A stretch of 64,000 nucleotides of DNA. Source: Actinomycetales bacterium. GTDB lineage: Bacteria > Actinomycetota > Actinomycetes > Actinomycetales > Dermatophilaceae. The notes beneath the pieces are model-generated. The model made no database searches. It had not been told where the DNA came from and saw nothing but the letters and a program-made list of their open reading frames with translations. Shown here piece by piece: positions 48,080-58,400 of this stretch. The DNA lies in NCBI GenBank assembly GCA_038235595.1, contig JBBSTU010000001.1, positions 2,947 through 66,946 on the forward strand, given 5' to 3'. Each line of letters begins with the position of its first letter. Positions within the stretch are counted from its first letter, which is position 1. The position numbers and the translations under genes are program-made.

Positions 48080-48116
48080 GATCTGGGGGTCTTCACCGGC
48101 AGGAGAGGATGTCACC

Positions 48117-48512
48117 ATGAACGACGCCATCGGGAACGCCCGCCTCGACCCCGCCATCGCCGAGCTGTTGAAGCGCGACCGGCACGGGCTGTTCGCCGCC
48201 GTGGTGCAGCAGCATGACAGCCTCGAGGTGCTGATGGTCGGGTGGATGAACGACGAGGCGCTACGCCGCACCCTCACGGAGGGCCGGGTGACGTTCTGGT
48301 CACGCAGCCGCCGGGAGTACTGGCGCAAGGGCGATACGAGCGGGCATGCGCAGTGGGTCAAGGGCGTGCGTCTGGACTGCGACGGCGATGCCCTCCTCGT
48401 CTCGGTCGACCAGGAGGGGAGCGCCTGTCACACCGGTGACCACACCTGCTTCGACGCCCGCGTGCTACCGGCTGCGGTCGGAATGCGTGACCAGGGCCGC
48501 ATCAGCCCCTGA
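48117..48512 (+). CDS. hisI: phosphoribosyl-AMP cyclohydrolase
   Basis: [29 protein letters not shown] and [18 protein letters not shown] precedes the ATG at 48117. The ORF-track start at 48042 lies inside repeat copy B. Confidence 0.9.
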   Translation: MNDAIGNARLDPAIAELLKRDRHGLFAAVVQQHDSLEVLMVGWMNDEALRRTLTEGRVTFWSRSRREYWRKGDTSGHAQWVKGVRLDCDGDALLVSVDQEGSACHTGDHTCFDARVLPAAVGMRDQGRISP

Positions 48513-48534
48513 GTGATGCGGCAAGGAGCCCGTC

Positions 48535-48606
48535 GGCGCCGAACGCCGTGCCGGGGTCGAACGCGCCGGCATACCAGCACGGTCGACCTCGAACGAGTCG
48601 TTGGGG
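48535..48606 (-). repeat. copy C (inverted orientation) of the ~75-bp structured intergenic repeat
   Basis: The reverse complement reads CCCCAACGACTCGTTCGAGGTCGACCGTGCTGGTATGCCGGCGCGTTCGACC...GGCGTTCGG. 37 of 40 positions match copy B in the core. Confidence 0.8.
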
Positions 48607-48665
48607 AAGTGGCCGGGGGGAGGGACGGGGACCGGCGTGCGGCCCGCGTGGGACAGAATGGGCGG

Positions 48666-50240
48666 GTGCCAGACCAGACCACCCCGCTCGCTGCTGCGCC
48701 GGCTCCCGAAGCAGACCTCACCTGGGGGCAGACCTGGCCGAGCCTGGCGGTCTTCACCGAGCTCGCCCTCGGCCGCCGCCGGGTCATCCCGGTCGTGCGG
48801 CGCCTGCTCGCCGACGCGGAGACCCCGGTCGGGGTGTACCGCAAGCTCGCTCGCGAGCAGCCGGGCACCTTTCTGCTCGAGTCTGCCGAGCATGGGGGCG
48901 TCTGGGCGCGGTACTCGATCGTCGGCGTGCGGTGCGCTGCCACCCTGACCGAGCGCGGCGGGGAGGCGCACTGGATCGGGATGCCGCCGGTCGGGGTCCC
49001 GACGGCGGGCGACCCGACCACGGCGCTGCGCGACACCGTGGCCGCGCTCGCCACCGAGCGGATCAGGGGGCTGCCGCCTCTCACCGGGGGCATGGTCGGC
49101 GCCATCAGCTACGACGCGGTGCGGCGGTGGGAGGCGGTACCCGACGAGGGCCGCGACGAGCTCGACCTGCCCGAGCTCGCGATGATGCTCGCGACCGACC
49201 TCGCCGTCTTCGACCACACCGACGGGTCGCTGCTGCTCGTCGCGAACGCGATCAACCACGACGCCACCGACGAGCGCATCGAGGCGGCCTGGGCGGATGC
49301 CGTGAGCCGCCTCGACCGCATGACGCGCGAGCTGGCCGCCCCGGCGCCGAGCACGGTGGCGACCATCGACCCGATCTCCACGACCCCGTCGAGCAGCCAC
49401 TCCCAGGAGCAGTTCGAGGAGATGGTGGAGGCGGCCAAGGAGGCGATCCGCGCCGGTGAGGCGTTCCAGATCGTCGTGTCTCAGCGCTTCACCGTTCCCT
49501 GCCGGGCCAGCGCCCTCGACGTCTACCGCGCCCTGCGGGTCAGCAACCCCAGCCCGTACATGTACCTGCTGCGACTGCCGCACCCCGACGGCAGTGCCTA
49601 CGACATCGTCGGCTCGAGCCCGGAGGCCCTCATCAAGGTGACCGGGCGCCAGGCGATCACGCACCCGATCGCCGGCTCTCGTCCGCGCGGCAAGAGCCCC
49701 GACCACGACGCCCATCTGGCCGAGGAGCTGATCGGCGACGCCAAGGAGCGGGCCGAACACCTGATGCTCGTCGACCTCTCACGCAACGACCTGCAGCGCA
49801 TCTGCGAAGCCGGCACGGTCGACACGGTCGACTTCATGTCGATCCGCCGCTACAGCCACATCATGCACATCGAGTCGACCGTGGTGGGCGACCTCAAGCC
49901 GGGCGCCAGCGCTTACGACGCCCTGGTCGCCACCTTCCCGGCGGGCACGCTGTCGGGGGCGCCGAAGCCACGGGCCATGGCCCTGATCGACGGCTACGAG
50001 AACCTGCGACGGGGCCTCTACGGCGGGGTTGTCGGCTATCTCGACTTCGCCGGAGACCTTGATCTGGCCATCGCGATCCGCACGGCCCTGATCATGAACG
50101 GACAGGCCCACGTGCAGGCCGGGGCCGGCATCGTCGCCGACTCGGTCGCCCACCTCGAGTTCGAGGAGACGGTCCACAAGGCGGCTGCCGCCTTGCGCGC
50201 GGTGGCTGCGGCCGACGGGCTACGGCCGGTGCAGCCGTGA
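48666..50240 (+). CDS. trpE: anthranilate synthase component I
   Basis: LLESAEHGG, GSRPRGK, LSRNDL and GAGIVADS. I chose the GTG at 48666 because ORF-track 48513 would translate repeat copy C. The start is uncertain by tens of nt. Confidence 0.9.
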   Translation: MPDQTTPLAAAPAPEADLTWGQTWPSLAVFTELALGRRRVIPVVRRLLADAETPVGVYRKLAREQPGTFLLESAEHGGVWARYSIVGVRCAATLTERGGEAHWIGMPPVGVPTAGDPTTALRDTVAALATERIRGLPPLTGGMVGAISYDAVRRWEAVPDEGRDELDLPELAMMLATDLAVFDHTDGSLLLVANAINHDATDERIEAAWADAVSRLDRMTRELAAPAPSTVATIDPISTTPSSSHSQEQFEEMVEAAKEAIRAGEAFQIVVSQRFTVPCRASALDVYRALRVSNPSPYMYLLRLPHPDGSAYDIVGSSPEALIKVTGRQAITHPIAGSRPRGKSPDHDAHLAEELIGDAKERAEHLMLVDLSRNDLQRICEAGTVDTVDFMSIRRYSHIMHIESTVVGDLKPGASAYDALVATFPAGTLSGAPKPRAMALIDGYENLRRGLYGGVVGYLDFAGDLDLAIAIRTALIMNGQAHVQAGAGIVADSVAHLEFEETVHKAAAALRAVAAADGLRPVQP

Positions 50241-50899
50241 ACGCCGACCCGGTCGAGCCGCCCGATCACCACACCGCCGAGCGGCCTGACGAGAAGCCCG
50301 CCAGGCGGGCCGGGAGACGCCTCGGCAAGCGGGGCGCCGCCCTCGCCGTGCTGCTCCCGGCCGTGGCGCTGCTCGGGCTCGCCACCCGCCCTTGGGCGAC
50401 GGGTCGCGCCCGCGACGTGCTCACGGCCGGGGTCACGGAGGTCAGCGGCAGCACCGCCGCCCCGGGCATGGTCGGTGTCACCCTCGTGGCGGTGGTGGCG
50501 CTGCTCGGGATGATGACCGGCGGTCGGGTGATCCGGGCCACCTCGGCCGCCGTGCTGGTGGTCGCTGCCGCCGGCGCCCTCGCCTTCACGGTGGCCGTCG
50601 TCGTTCGCCCGGTGCAGTCGGTGGGGGAAGCCGTGGCCCGCCAGCTCGCCCGAACCACCGCCCCCGAGACGGTGGCGAGCACGACGTCCTGGGCTTGGGT
50701 CGGGCTTCTCGCTGCCGTGCTGCTCTCGGTCGGCGCCGTCACGGCCAGCATCTCGAGCCGGTCGTGGGCGGGCCTCTCGAACCGGTACGAACGCGGATCC
50801 AAGGCCGAGAGCGGCCCGCGAGGGCAGGTGCGAACCCCCTGGGACGAGCTGAGCGAGGGTGGCGACCCCACCCTGCGAGACGGGCCCGGCCCGACCTGA
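50237..50899 (+). CDS. Trp-operon-associated membrane protein (Rv1610/TIGR02234-like)
   Basis: 220-aa multi-TM protein at the conserved actinobacterial position between trpE and trpC. GTGA overlap with trpE. Confidence 0.72.
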   Translation: MNADPVEPPDHHTAERPDEKPARRAGRRLGKRGAALAVLLPAVALLGLATRPWATGRARDVLTAGVTEVSGSTAAPGMVGVTLVAVVALLGMMTGGRVIRATSAAVLVVAAAGALAFTVAVVVRPVQSVGEAVARQLARTTAPETVASTTSWAWVGLLAAVLLSVGAVTASISSRSWAGLSNRYERGSKAESGPRGQVRTPWDELSEGGDPTLRDGPGPT

Positions 50900-50943
50900 C
50901 ACAATGAAGTCTCGGCAGGCCAGCACGCGGCGCCGAGCTGACG

Positions 50944-51225
50944 ATGGAGGACCTCATGGCAGACCACGACGAGAACCACGGGCACAGCACGGCGGCCTGG
51001 ACCGCTGTCGGCATCATGTTGCTGGGGTCGCTCATCGGATCGGTGGCGACCCTCATCCCGAGCCTGTGGCTCGGGGCAGTGGCCGCCGTCGTGATCATCG
51101 CTGGGGCGGTCACGGGCAAGCTGATGTCCATGGCCGGCTACGGCAGCGACGGGCACCACGCCCAGGCCGGTGGCCTGGTCGACGCCCCCGACGAGGTGGG
51201 TGCTGAGACCCGCGGCAAGAGCTGA
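50944..51225 (+). CDS. small membrane protein of the HGxxPAAW family
   Basis: [23 protein letters not shown] followed by a second TM helix. The start could also be the ATG at 50956. Confidence 0.6.
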   Translation: MEDLMADHDENHGHSTAAWTAVGIMLLGSLIGSVATLIPSLWLGAVAAVVIIAGAVTGKLMSMAGYGSDGHHAQAGGLVDAPDEVGAETRGKS

Positions 51226-51230
51226 GCGCG

Positions 51231-52055
51231 ATGGCCACGGTTCTCGACGGGATCATCGGCGGCGTTCGCGAGGATCTCGCGGTTCGCCGTGCCGCCATTC
51301 CCGCACTCGATCTGGAGTCGCGACTGTCGCAGGCGGCCCCCGCGCTCGACCCGATGCCCGGCATCCGGCACGCCGATGGCGTCGCGGTGATTGCAGAGGT
51401 CAAGCGGTCGAGCCCGAGCAAGGGTGCCCTGGCGGCCATCCCCGCACCGGGCGACCTGGCTCGCGCCTACGCCGACGGAGGAGCGGCGGCCATCAGTGTG
51501 CTGACCGAGCAGCGCCGGTTCGGCGGCAGCCTTGACGACCTCGACACCGTGCGATCCGCCGTCGCAGTTCCGTTGCTGCGCAAGGACTTCATCGTCGACG
51601 GCTACCAGGTGACCGAGGCCCGGGTGCACGGCGCCGATCTGGTGCTGCTCATCGTGGCAGCGCTGGGCGACGCCCAGCTGCGCGACCTGCACGACCAGGC
51701 GACCGACCTCGGCATGACGTGCCTCGTGGAGGTGCACGACGCGGCCGAGCTTGACCGCGCGCTTGCTCTGGATCCGGTGCTGGTCGGCGTCAACGCGCGC
51801 AACCTCAAGACCCTCGAGGTCGACCCACGCACCGTCACCGATCTGCTTCCGAGGGTGCCCACCGGGGTCGTCGCCGTCGCCGAGTCGGGGGTCACGGTCC
51901 CGTCCGACGTCGCGACGTACGTCGAAGCCGGTGCCGGTGCAGTGCTCGTCGGCGAGGCCCTGGTTCGTCACGGCGACCCTGCCGATGCGATCCGATCGTT
52001 CATCGCGGCCGCGGCCGCCGTCACCCGCACCACCTCCGGAGCTGCCCGAGCATGA
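51231..52055 (+). CDS. trpC: indole-3-glycerol phosphate synthase
   Basis: [20 protein letters not shown] and VGVNARNL. Confidence 0.93.
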   Translation: MATVLDGIIGGVREDLAVRRAAIPALDLESRLSQAAPALDPMPGIRHADGVAVIAEVKRSSPSKGALAAIPAPGDLARAYADGGAAAISVLTEQRRFGGSLDDLDTVRSAVAVPLLRKDFIVDGYQVTEARVHGADLVLLIVAALGDAQLRDLHDQATDLGMTCLVEVHDAAELDRALALDPVLVGVNARNLKTLEVDPRTVTDLLPRVPTGVVAVAESGVTVPSDVATYVEAGAGAVLVGEALVRHGDPADAIRSFIAAAAAVTRTTSGAARA

Positions 52056-53371
52056 CCGCCACACCCCGCCAGACCCCCGTCCCCACGCCGCTGCCGACCA
52101 CCTCGGCGGCTAGCCCCGACCTGCCGCGCGGGCGGTTCGGCGCCTTCGGCGGACGCTATGTGCCCGAAGCCCTCATCCCCGCTCTCGAACAGCTCGAGGA
52201 GGTCTGGCGCAAGGCCTGCGTCGACCCCGAGTTCATCGGCGAGCTCGAACGGCTGCACAAGACCTACACGGGCCGCCCGAGCATCATCACCGAGGTGCCA
52301 CGCTTCGCTGAGCACTGTGGCGGGGCCCGCATCATCCTCAAGCGCGAAGACCTCAACCACACCGGGTCGCACAAGATCAACAACGTGCTCGGGCAGGCCC
52401 TGCTCACCAAGCGCATGGGCAAGACCCGGGTCATCGCCGAGACCGGGGCCGGCCAGCACGGGGTGGCCACGGCCACCGCCGCCGCCCTGCTCGGTCTCGA
52501 GTGCGTCGTCTACATGGGCCGCAAGGACACCGAGCGCCAGGCGCTCAACGTGGCCCGGATGCGGTTGCTCGGCGCCGAGGTGGTGCCTGTCGACCACGGC
52601 AGCAAGACGCTCAAGGATGCCGTCAACGAGGCCTTCCGCGACTGGGTCGCAAACGTCGCCACCACCCACTACGTGCTGGGCACGGTGACCGGCCCGCACC
52701 CCTTCCCCGAGATGGTGCGCGACTTCCACCGCATCATCGGGGTCGAGGCCCGCCAGCAGGTGCTCGACCTCGTCGGGCGCCTCCCCGACGTCGTGTGTGC
52801 CTGCGTCGGTGGGGGGTCCAACGCCATGGGCATCTTCCACCGCTTCCTCGACGACACGTCGGTTCGCCTCGTCGGCTTCGAGGCCGGGGGAGCCGGGGTC
52901 GACACCGGCGAGCACGCCGCCCGCTTCGCCACCGGCATCCCGGGCGTGCTGCACGGCGCGTTCACCTACGTCATGCAGGACACCGACGGTCAGACCATCG
53001 ACTCGCACAGTGTCTCCGCCGGGCTCGACTACCCGAGCGTCGGGCCCGAGCACGCTTTCCTGCTCGAGTCGGGCCGGGCCGAGTACCGTCCGATCACCGA
53101 CGTCGAGGCGATGGAGGCCTTCTCGCTCCTGTCGCGCACCGAGGGCATCCTGCCCGCCATCGAGAGCGCCCACGCGCTCGCGGGGGCCATGAAGCTCGGC
53201 CGTGAGCTCGGGCCCGAGGCCGTCATTCTCGTCAACCTCTCAGGTCGAGGTGACAAGGACGTGCACACCGCAGCCGAGTGGTTCGGTCTCATCGATACCG
53301 ACGACACAGCTGGGCGCGCCGACCCGTCGCTCGACGATCCCGGCGCCAAGGGTGCGGGGGAGCAGCAGTGA
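52052..53371 (+). CDS. trpB: tryptophan synthase beta chain
   Basis: [26 protein letters not shown] (PLP lysine) and GGGSNAMG. Confidence 0.95.
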   Translation: MTATPRQTPVPTPLPTTSAASPDLPRGRFGAFGGRYVPEALIPALEQLEEVWRKACVDPEFIGELERLHKTYTGRPSIITEVPRFAEHCGGARIILKREDLNHTGSHKINNVLGQALLTKRMGKTRVIAETGAGQHGVATATAAALLGLECVVYMGRKDTERQALNVARMRLLGAEVVPVDHGSKTLKDAVNEAFRDWVANVATTHYVLGTVTGPHPFPEMVRDFHRIIGVEARQQVLDLVGRLPDVVCACVGGGSNAMGIFHRFLDDTSVRLVGFEAGGAGVDTGEHAARFATGIPGVLHGAFTYVMQDTDGQTIDSHSVSAGLDYPSVGPEHAFLLESGRAEYRPITDVEAMEAFSLLSRTEGILPAIESAHALAGAMKLGRELGPEAVILVNLSGRGDKDVHTAAEWFGLIDTDDTAGRADPSLDDPGAKGAGEQQ

Positions 53372-54168
53372 GCGTCGCCCCGGTTCTCGAGAAGTGCCGG
53401 GAGGCGGGCCGCGCCGCCCTCATCGGCTACCTGCCAGTCGGCTTTCCGAGCGTCGAGGGCTCGATCGCGGCCATGCGGGTGCTCATCGACGCCGGTGTCG
53501 ACATCATCGAGATCGGCGTCCCGTACAGCGATCCCGTCATGGACGGCCCCGTCATCCAGGATGCCGCTGTGCGGGCGCTCGCAGGTGGTGTTCACCTCTC
53601 CGACATCTTCACCGCCGCCGAGGCAGTCTCTGGTGCCGGGGCCGGCGCCCTGGTCATGACCTACTGGAACCCGGTGCTGCGCTACGGCGTCGAGAGGTTC
53701 GCCGCCGACCTCGCCGCAGCCGGAGGCGCCGGGTTGATCACGCCCGACCTGATTCCCGACGAGGCCGGTGACTGGATCTCGGCCGCCGACGACCACGATC
53801 TCGACAAGGTCTTCCTCGTCGCCCCGAGCTCGACGACCGAACGGCTCGCAGCCGTCACGGCGCAGTGCCGGGGCTTCGTCTACGCCACCGCGGTGATGGG
53901 CGTCACCGGCGCCCGTACGAGCGTCGGGGAGGCCGCCGCTGCCCTTGTCTCGCGCACGCGCGAGCACACCGACCTCCCGGTCTGTGTCGGGGTGGGCGTA
54001 TCGACCGGCGACCAGGCCGCGGAGGTCGGACGCTACGCCGACGGCGTCATCGTCGGGTCGGCGCTGGTGCGCTGCCTCACCGAGGCCCCCACCCCCGACG
54101 AGGGGCTCGCGGCCCTGGGAGTACTGGCTCGTGACCTCGCGGCCGGGGTTCGACGGGGCCGGAAATGA
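53368..54168 (+). CDS. trpA: tryptophan synthase alpha chain
   Basis: [28 protein letters not shown] and [17 protein letters not shown] overlap with trpB. Confidence 0.93.
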   Translation: MSVAPVLEKCREAGRAALIGYLPVGFPSVEGSIAAMRVLIDAGVDIIEIGVPYSDPVMDGPVIQDAAVRALAGGVHLSDIFTAAEAVSGAGAGALVMTYWNPVLRYGVERFAADLAAAGGAGLITPDLIPDEAGDWISAADDHDLDKVFLVAPSSTTERLAAVTAQCRGFVYATAVMGVTGARTSVGEAAAALVSRTREHTDLPVCVGVGVSTGDQAAEVGRYADGVIVGSALVRCLTEAPTPDEGLAALGVLARDLAAGVRRGRK

Positions 54169-55235
54169 GCCTGCTCAGCGGCATCCCGGCGCTGGCGACG
54201 CACGTTCCCACCTACATCCCGTCGCCGTCGGTCGGGGTGTGGCACCTCGGACCGCTCCCGATCCGCGGCTACGCGCTGTGCATTCTCGCGGGCATCGTCG
54301 TGGCGGTCTGGCTCACCGGGCGCCGGCTCACCCGCCAGGGCTACCGACCCGGCATCGCCATCGACATCTCCGCCTGGGCCGTCCCGTTCGGGATCGTCGG
54401 CGGGCGCATCTACCACCTGATCACCACGCCGCAGCCCTACTTCGGTGAGGGTGGCCACCCGTGGCGGGCCTTCGCCATCTACGAGGGCGGACTGGGTATC
54501 TGGGGCGCCGTCATGCTCGGAGCCGTCGGAGCGTGGATCGGCTGCCGCAAGAACGACGTGAGCTTTCGCGACTTCGTCGATGCCGCAGCCCCTGGTCTCG
54601 CCATCGCCCAAGCGATGGGCCGCTTCGGGAACTGGTTCAACAACGAGATCTACGGAGCGCCGACCGACCTTCCCTGGAAGCTGCGAATCTACGACTGGGA
54701 CCCCTCCGCCGGGCGCGCCGTGCTCGACAGTGCCGGCAACCCCATCATCAAGGGCTACTTCCACCCCACTTTTGCCTACGAGGCCCTGTGGTGCCTCCTG
54801 CTCGCGGCCGTGCTGCTCTGGCTCGGTCGCCGGTTCAGCCTCAAGCCGGGGCAGGTCTTCGCCGGGTACGTCATGGGCTACCCGATCGGGCGCATCGTCA
54901 TCGAGAACATGCGCAGCGACTCGGCGAACTACATTCTTGGCCAGCGGGTCAACACGTGGGTCTCGATCCTGGTCTTCCTCTTCGGGGTGTGGATGTGGTT
55001 CCGCTTCGCCCGGATGGCGCCCTTCTCGGTGCCCGACCCGGCTGCCGGGGGTCAGCCACACCCGGATGCCGCTGACGAAGCGCACGAGCCCGACGCGGAT
55101 GACGAGGGCGACGACGCTCAGGCCGGCGACCACCCCGCCAACAGCAGCCGTTCCGACCACGCCGAGCCAGGCGGGCCTACCGACGAAACCTCGGGGGGCC
55201 CTTCCGCGCGCCCGCAGCGGGCCCCCAGCTCGTAA
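54165..55235 (+). CDS. lgt: prolipoprotein diacylglyceryl transferase with an acidic C-terminal tail
   Basis: HLGPLPIRGYALCILAGI, GGRIYH and GRFGNWFNNEIYG. The last ~70 aa are Asp/Glu/Pro/Ala-rich and of low complexity. Confidence 0.92.
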   Translation: MSLLSGIPALATHVPTYIPSPSVGVWHLGPLPIRGYALCILAGIVVAVWLTGRRLTRQGYRPGIAIDISAWAVPFGIVGGRIYHLITTPQPYFGEGGHPWRAFAIYEGGLGIWGAVMLGAVGAWIGCRKNDVSFRDFVDAAAPGLAIAQAMGRFGNWFNNEIYGAPTDLPWKLRIYDWDPSAGRAVLDSAGNPIIKGYFHPTFAYEALWCLLLAAVLLWLGRRFSLKPGQVFAGYVMGYPIGRIVIENMRSDSANYILGQRVNTWVSILVFLFGVWMWFRFARMAPFSVPDPAAGGQPHPDAADEAHEPDADDEGDDAQAGDHPANSSRSDHAEPGGPTDETSGGPSARPQRAPSS

Positions 55236-55413
55236 CGCTCGAGCCTTCGCTACGACCGCAGTCTGAGCGTGACGTCTCACATCTCGAAATCCGCCGTATC
55301 AACAGGTAGGACGAGGCTGCCCTCGGATAAAATGGTCTCAACGCCTGTGGTCAGTGCTGCCCACACGCCCTTCGTCAGGAGCCGCTACGGCCCCATCAGC
55401 AAGGACGGTGAAG

Positions 55414-58400
55414 ATGTCGCCGCACACCCGATTCAGCGCCCATCCGGAGAACTCCGGCCTCTACCGTCGAGAGTTCGAGCACGACGCCTGCGGGGTCGCC
55501 CTCATCGCCACGATGCGGGGCACGGCGGGCCACGACATCGTCGACCACGCCCTGACCGCGCTACGCAACCTCGACCACCGAGGCGCCACGGGCGCCGACC
55601 CGCATGTGGGTGACGGGGCCGGCATCCTCACCCAGATCCCTGACGAGTTCTTCGCGGCCAACGTGCCCTTCGCCCTGCCGAACAGCGGGGCGTACGCCGC
55701 GGGTATCGCCTTCCTGCCGACCGATCCCGACGAGCGGGCCGCCGCCAAGGCCCGCATCGAGGCGATCGCCGTCTCCGAGAACCTCAAGGTGCTCGGCTGG
55801 CGCGAGGTGCCCGTCGACGGTGAGCTCGTCGGCGACGCCGCCAGGGCCTGCATGCCCGTGTTCGAGCAGCTCTTCGTCAGAAGCGCCATCGGGCGCCAGG
55901 TCGCGCTCGGTCTCGACCGGCTGGCCTTCTGCCTGCGCAAGCGCGCCGAGCGGGAGGCCGAGGTCTACTTCGCCTCGCTCAGCTCGCGCACCATCGTCTA
56001 CAAGGGGATGCTGACCACGGGTCAGCTCGAGCCCTTCTTCCCCGACCTGTCCGACCCGCTCTACGCCACCGAGCTCGCCCTCGTGCACTCCCGCTTCTCG
56101 ACGAACACCTTCCCGTCGTGGCCGCTCGCGCACCCGTACCGCCTGATCGCGCACAACGGCGAGATCAACACGGTCAAGGGCAACCGCAACTGGATGAGCG
56201 CCCGCGAGAGCCTCATCACCTCCGACATCATCCCTGGCGACCTCGAGCGGCTCTTCCCCATCTGCACGCCCGAAGCAAGCGACTCCGCGAGCTTCGACGA
56301 GGTGCTCGAGCTGCTGCACCTCGGCGGTCGCTCGCTGCCCCACGCCGTACTCATGATGATTCCCGAGGCCTGGGAGAACCACGAGACGATGGACCCGGCC
56401 CGGCGGGCGTTCTACGAGTTCCACTCCACCTTCATGGAGCCCTGGGACGGCCCGGCGAACGTCGTGTTCACCGACGGCACCCTCGTCGGCGCGGTGCTCG
56501 ACCGCAACGGCCTGCGCCCCGGCCGGTACTCGGTGACCGACGACGGGCTGGTCGTGCTGGCGTCCGAGTCGGGCGTGCTCGAGCTCGACCCGGCCTCCGT
56601 GGTGCAGCGTGGGCGCCTCCAGCCCGGCAAGATGTTCCTGGTCGACACCGAGCACGGACGCATCGTCGGCGACGAGGAGATCAAGACCCAGCTCGCGGCC
56701 GCCAAGCCCTACGGCGACTGGCTTCACGCCGGCCTGATCCAGCTCGACAACCTGCCGGAGCGCGAACACATCGTGCACACGGCCTCGTCGGTGGTGCGCC
56801 GGCAGCAGACGTTCGGCTACACCACCGAAGACCTGCGCATCCTGTTGACCCCGATGGCCAAGGCCGGGGCCGAGGCGCTCGGCTCGATGGGCACCGACAC
56901 CCCCATCGCCGTGCTCTCCTCGCGTCCGAGGCTGCTCTTCGACTACTTCACCCAGCTGTTCGCGCAGGTGACCAACCCCCCGCTCGATGCCATCCGCGAA
57001 GAGCTGGTCACCTCGCTCGGCACCGTCATGGGCCCGGAGGGCAACGTGCTGTCGGCGTCGCCGGCCCACGCGCGCCAGCTCGTGCTCGACTTCCCGGTGC
57101 TCGACAACGACGAGCTGGCCAAGATCGTGCACATCAACGCCGACGGCGACCTGCCCGGCTATGCCACCCACGTTGTGCGGGGCCTCTACGACGTCACCGG
57201 CGGCGCGGGGGCCATGCGCACCCGGCTCGACGAGATCTTTGCGGAGGTGAGCCAGGCCATCCGGCGCGGTGCCCGCTTCGTCGTGCTCTCTGACCGCGAC
57301 TCGGGGCGTGACCTCGCCCCCATCCCGTCGCTGCTGCTCACGGCCGCCGTGCACCACCACCTCATCCGCGAGAAGACCCGCACCCAGGTGGGCCTGCTCG
57401 TCGAGGCCGGAGACGTGCGCGAGGTGCACCACGTGGCCCTGCTCATCGGCTTCGGTGCGGCCGCGGTCAACCCCTACCTGGCCATGGAGAGTGTCGAGGA
57501 CCTCGTGCGGTCGGGGCAGATCGAGGGGGTGCCTCCTGAGAAAGCGGTGGCCAACCTCATCAAGGCCCTCGGCAAGGGGGTGCTGAAGGTCATGTCGAAG
57601 ATGGGCATCTCCACGGTCGCCTCCTACCGTGGGGCCCAGGTGTTCGAGGCCATCGGGCTCTCCCAGACCCTCGTCGACACCTACTTCACGGGCACCGTCT
57701 CGCAGCTCGGGGGAGTCGGCCTCGACGTCATCGCCCGCGAGACGTCCGAACGGCACGCCAGGGCCTACCCGCCCGAGGGCGTGCAGCAGCCGCACCGCGT
57801 GCTCGAGGTCGGGGGCGAGTACCAGTGGCGCCGCGAGGGCGAGCCGCACCTGTTCGACCCCGACACGGTCTTCCGTCTGCAGCACTCCACCCGGGCGCGC
57901 CGCTACGACGTGTTCAAGCAGTACACCCAGCGCATCGACGACCAGACCTCGCGCCTGATGACGCTGCGGGGGCTGATGGGCTTCAAGGCCACCGGGGTGA
58001 CCGGTCGACTACCGGTGCCGATCGACGAGGTCGAACCGGTCAGCGAGATCGTCCGGCGCTTCAGCACCGGAGCGATGAGCTACGGCTCGATCTCCCAGGA
58101 GGCCCACGAGACGCTTGCGGTCGCCATGAACCACCTGGGCGCGCGCTCGAACACGGGCGAGGGTGGTGAAGACCGAGACCGGTTGCTCGACCCCGAACGG
58201 CGTTCTGCCGTCAAGCAGGTCGCGTCGGGCCGCTTCGGGGTGACGAGTCTCTACCTCACGCACTCCGACGACATCCAGATCAAGATGGCGCAGGGGGCCA
58301 AGCCCGGCGAGGGCGGCCAGCTGCCCGGTCACAAGGTGTACCCGTGGGTGGCCAAGACCCGTCACTCGACACCGGGGGTCGGGCTCATCTCACCGCCGCC

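Noticed and set aside
48513-48665. Trp leader peptide or attenuator upstream of trpE.
   Set aside because: No short ORF with tandem Trp codons and no terminator/antiterminator pair is visible. The region is occupied by repeat copy C.
55561-57885. 774-aa ORF antisense to gltB. Similar long antisense or alternate-frame ORFs occur at 3010-4419, 5056-6339, 46113-48005, 51968-53173, 30051-31313, 48465-49760 and 1514-2533.
   Set aside because: All are fully embedded opposite unmistakable housekeeping genes. They translate to Arg/Gly/Asp/His/Pro-rich low-complexity strings with no recognisable motifs. This is the expected stop-codon-poor antisense frame of ~70% GC coding DNA.
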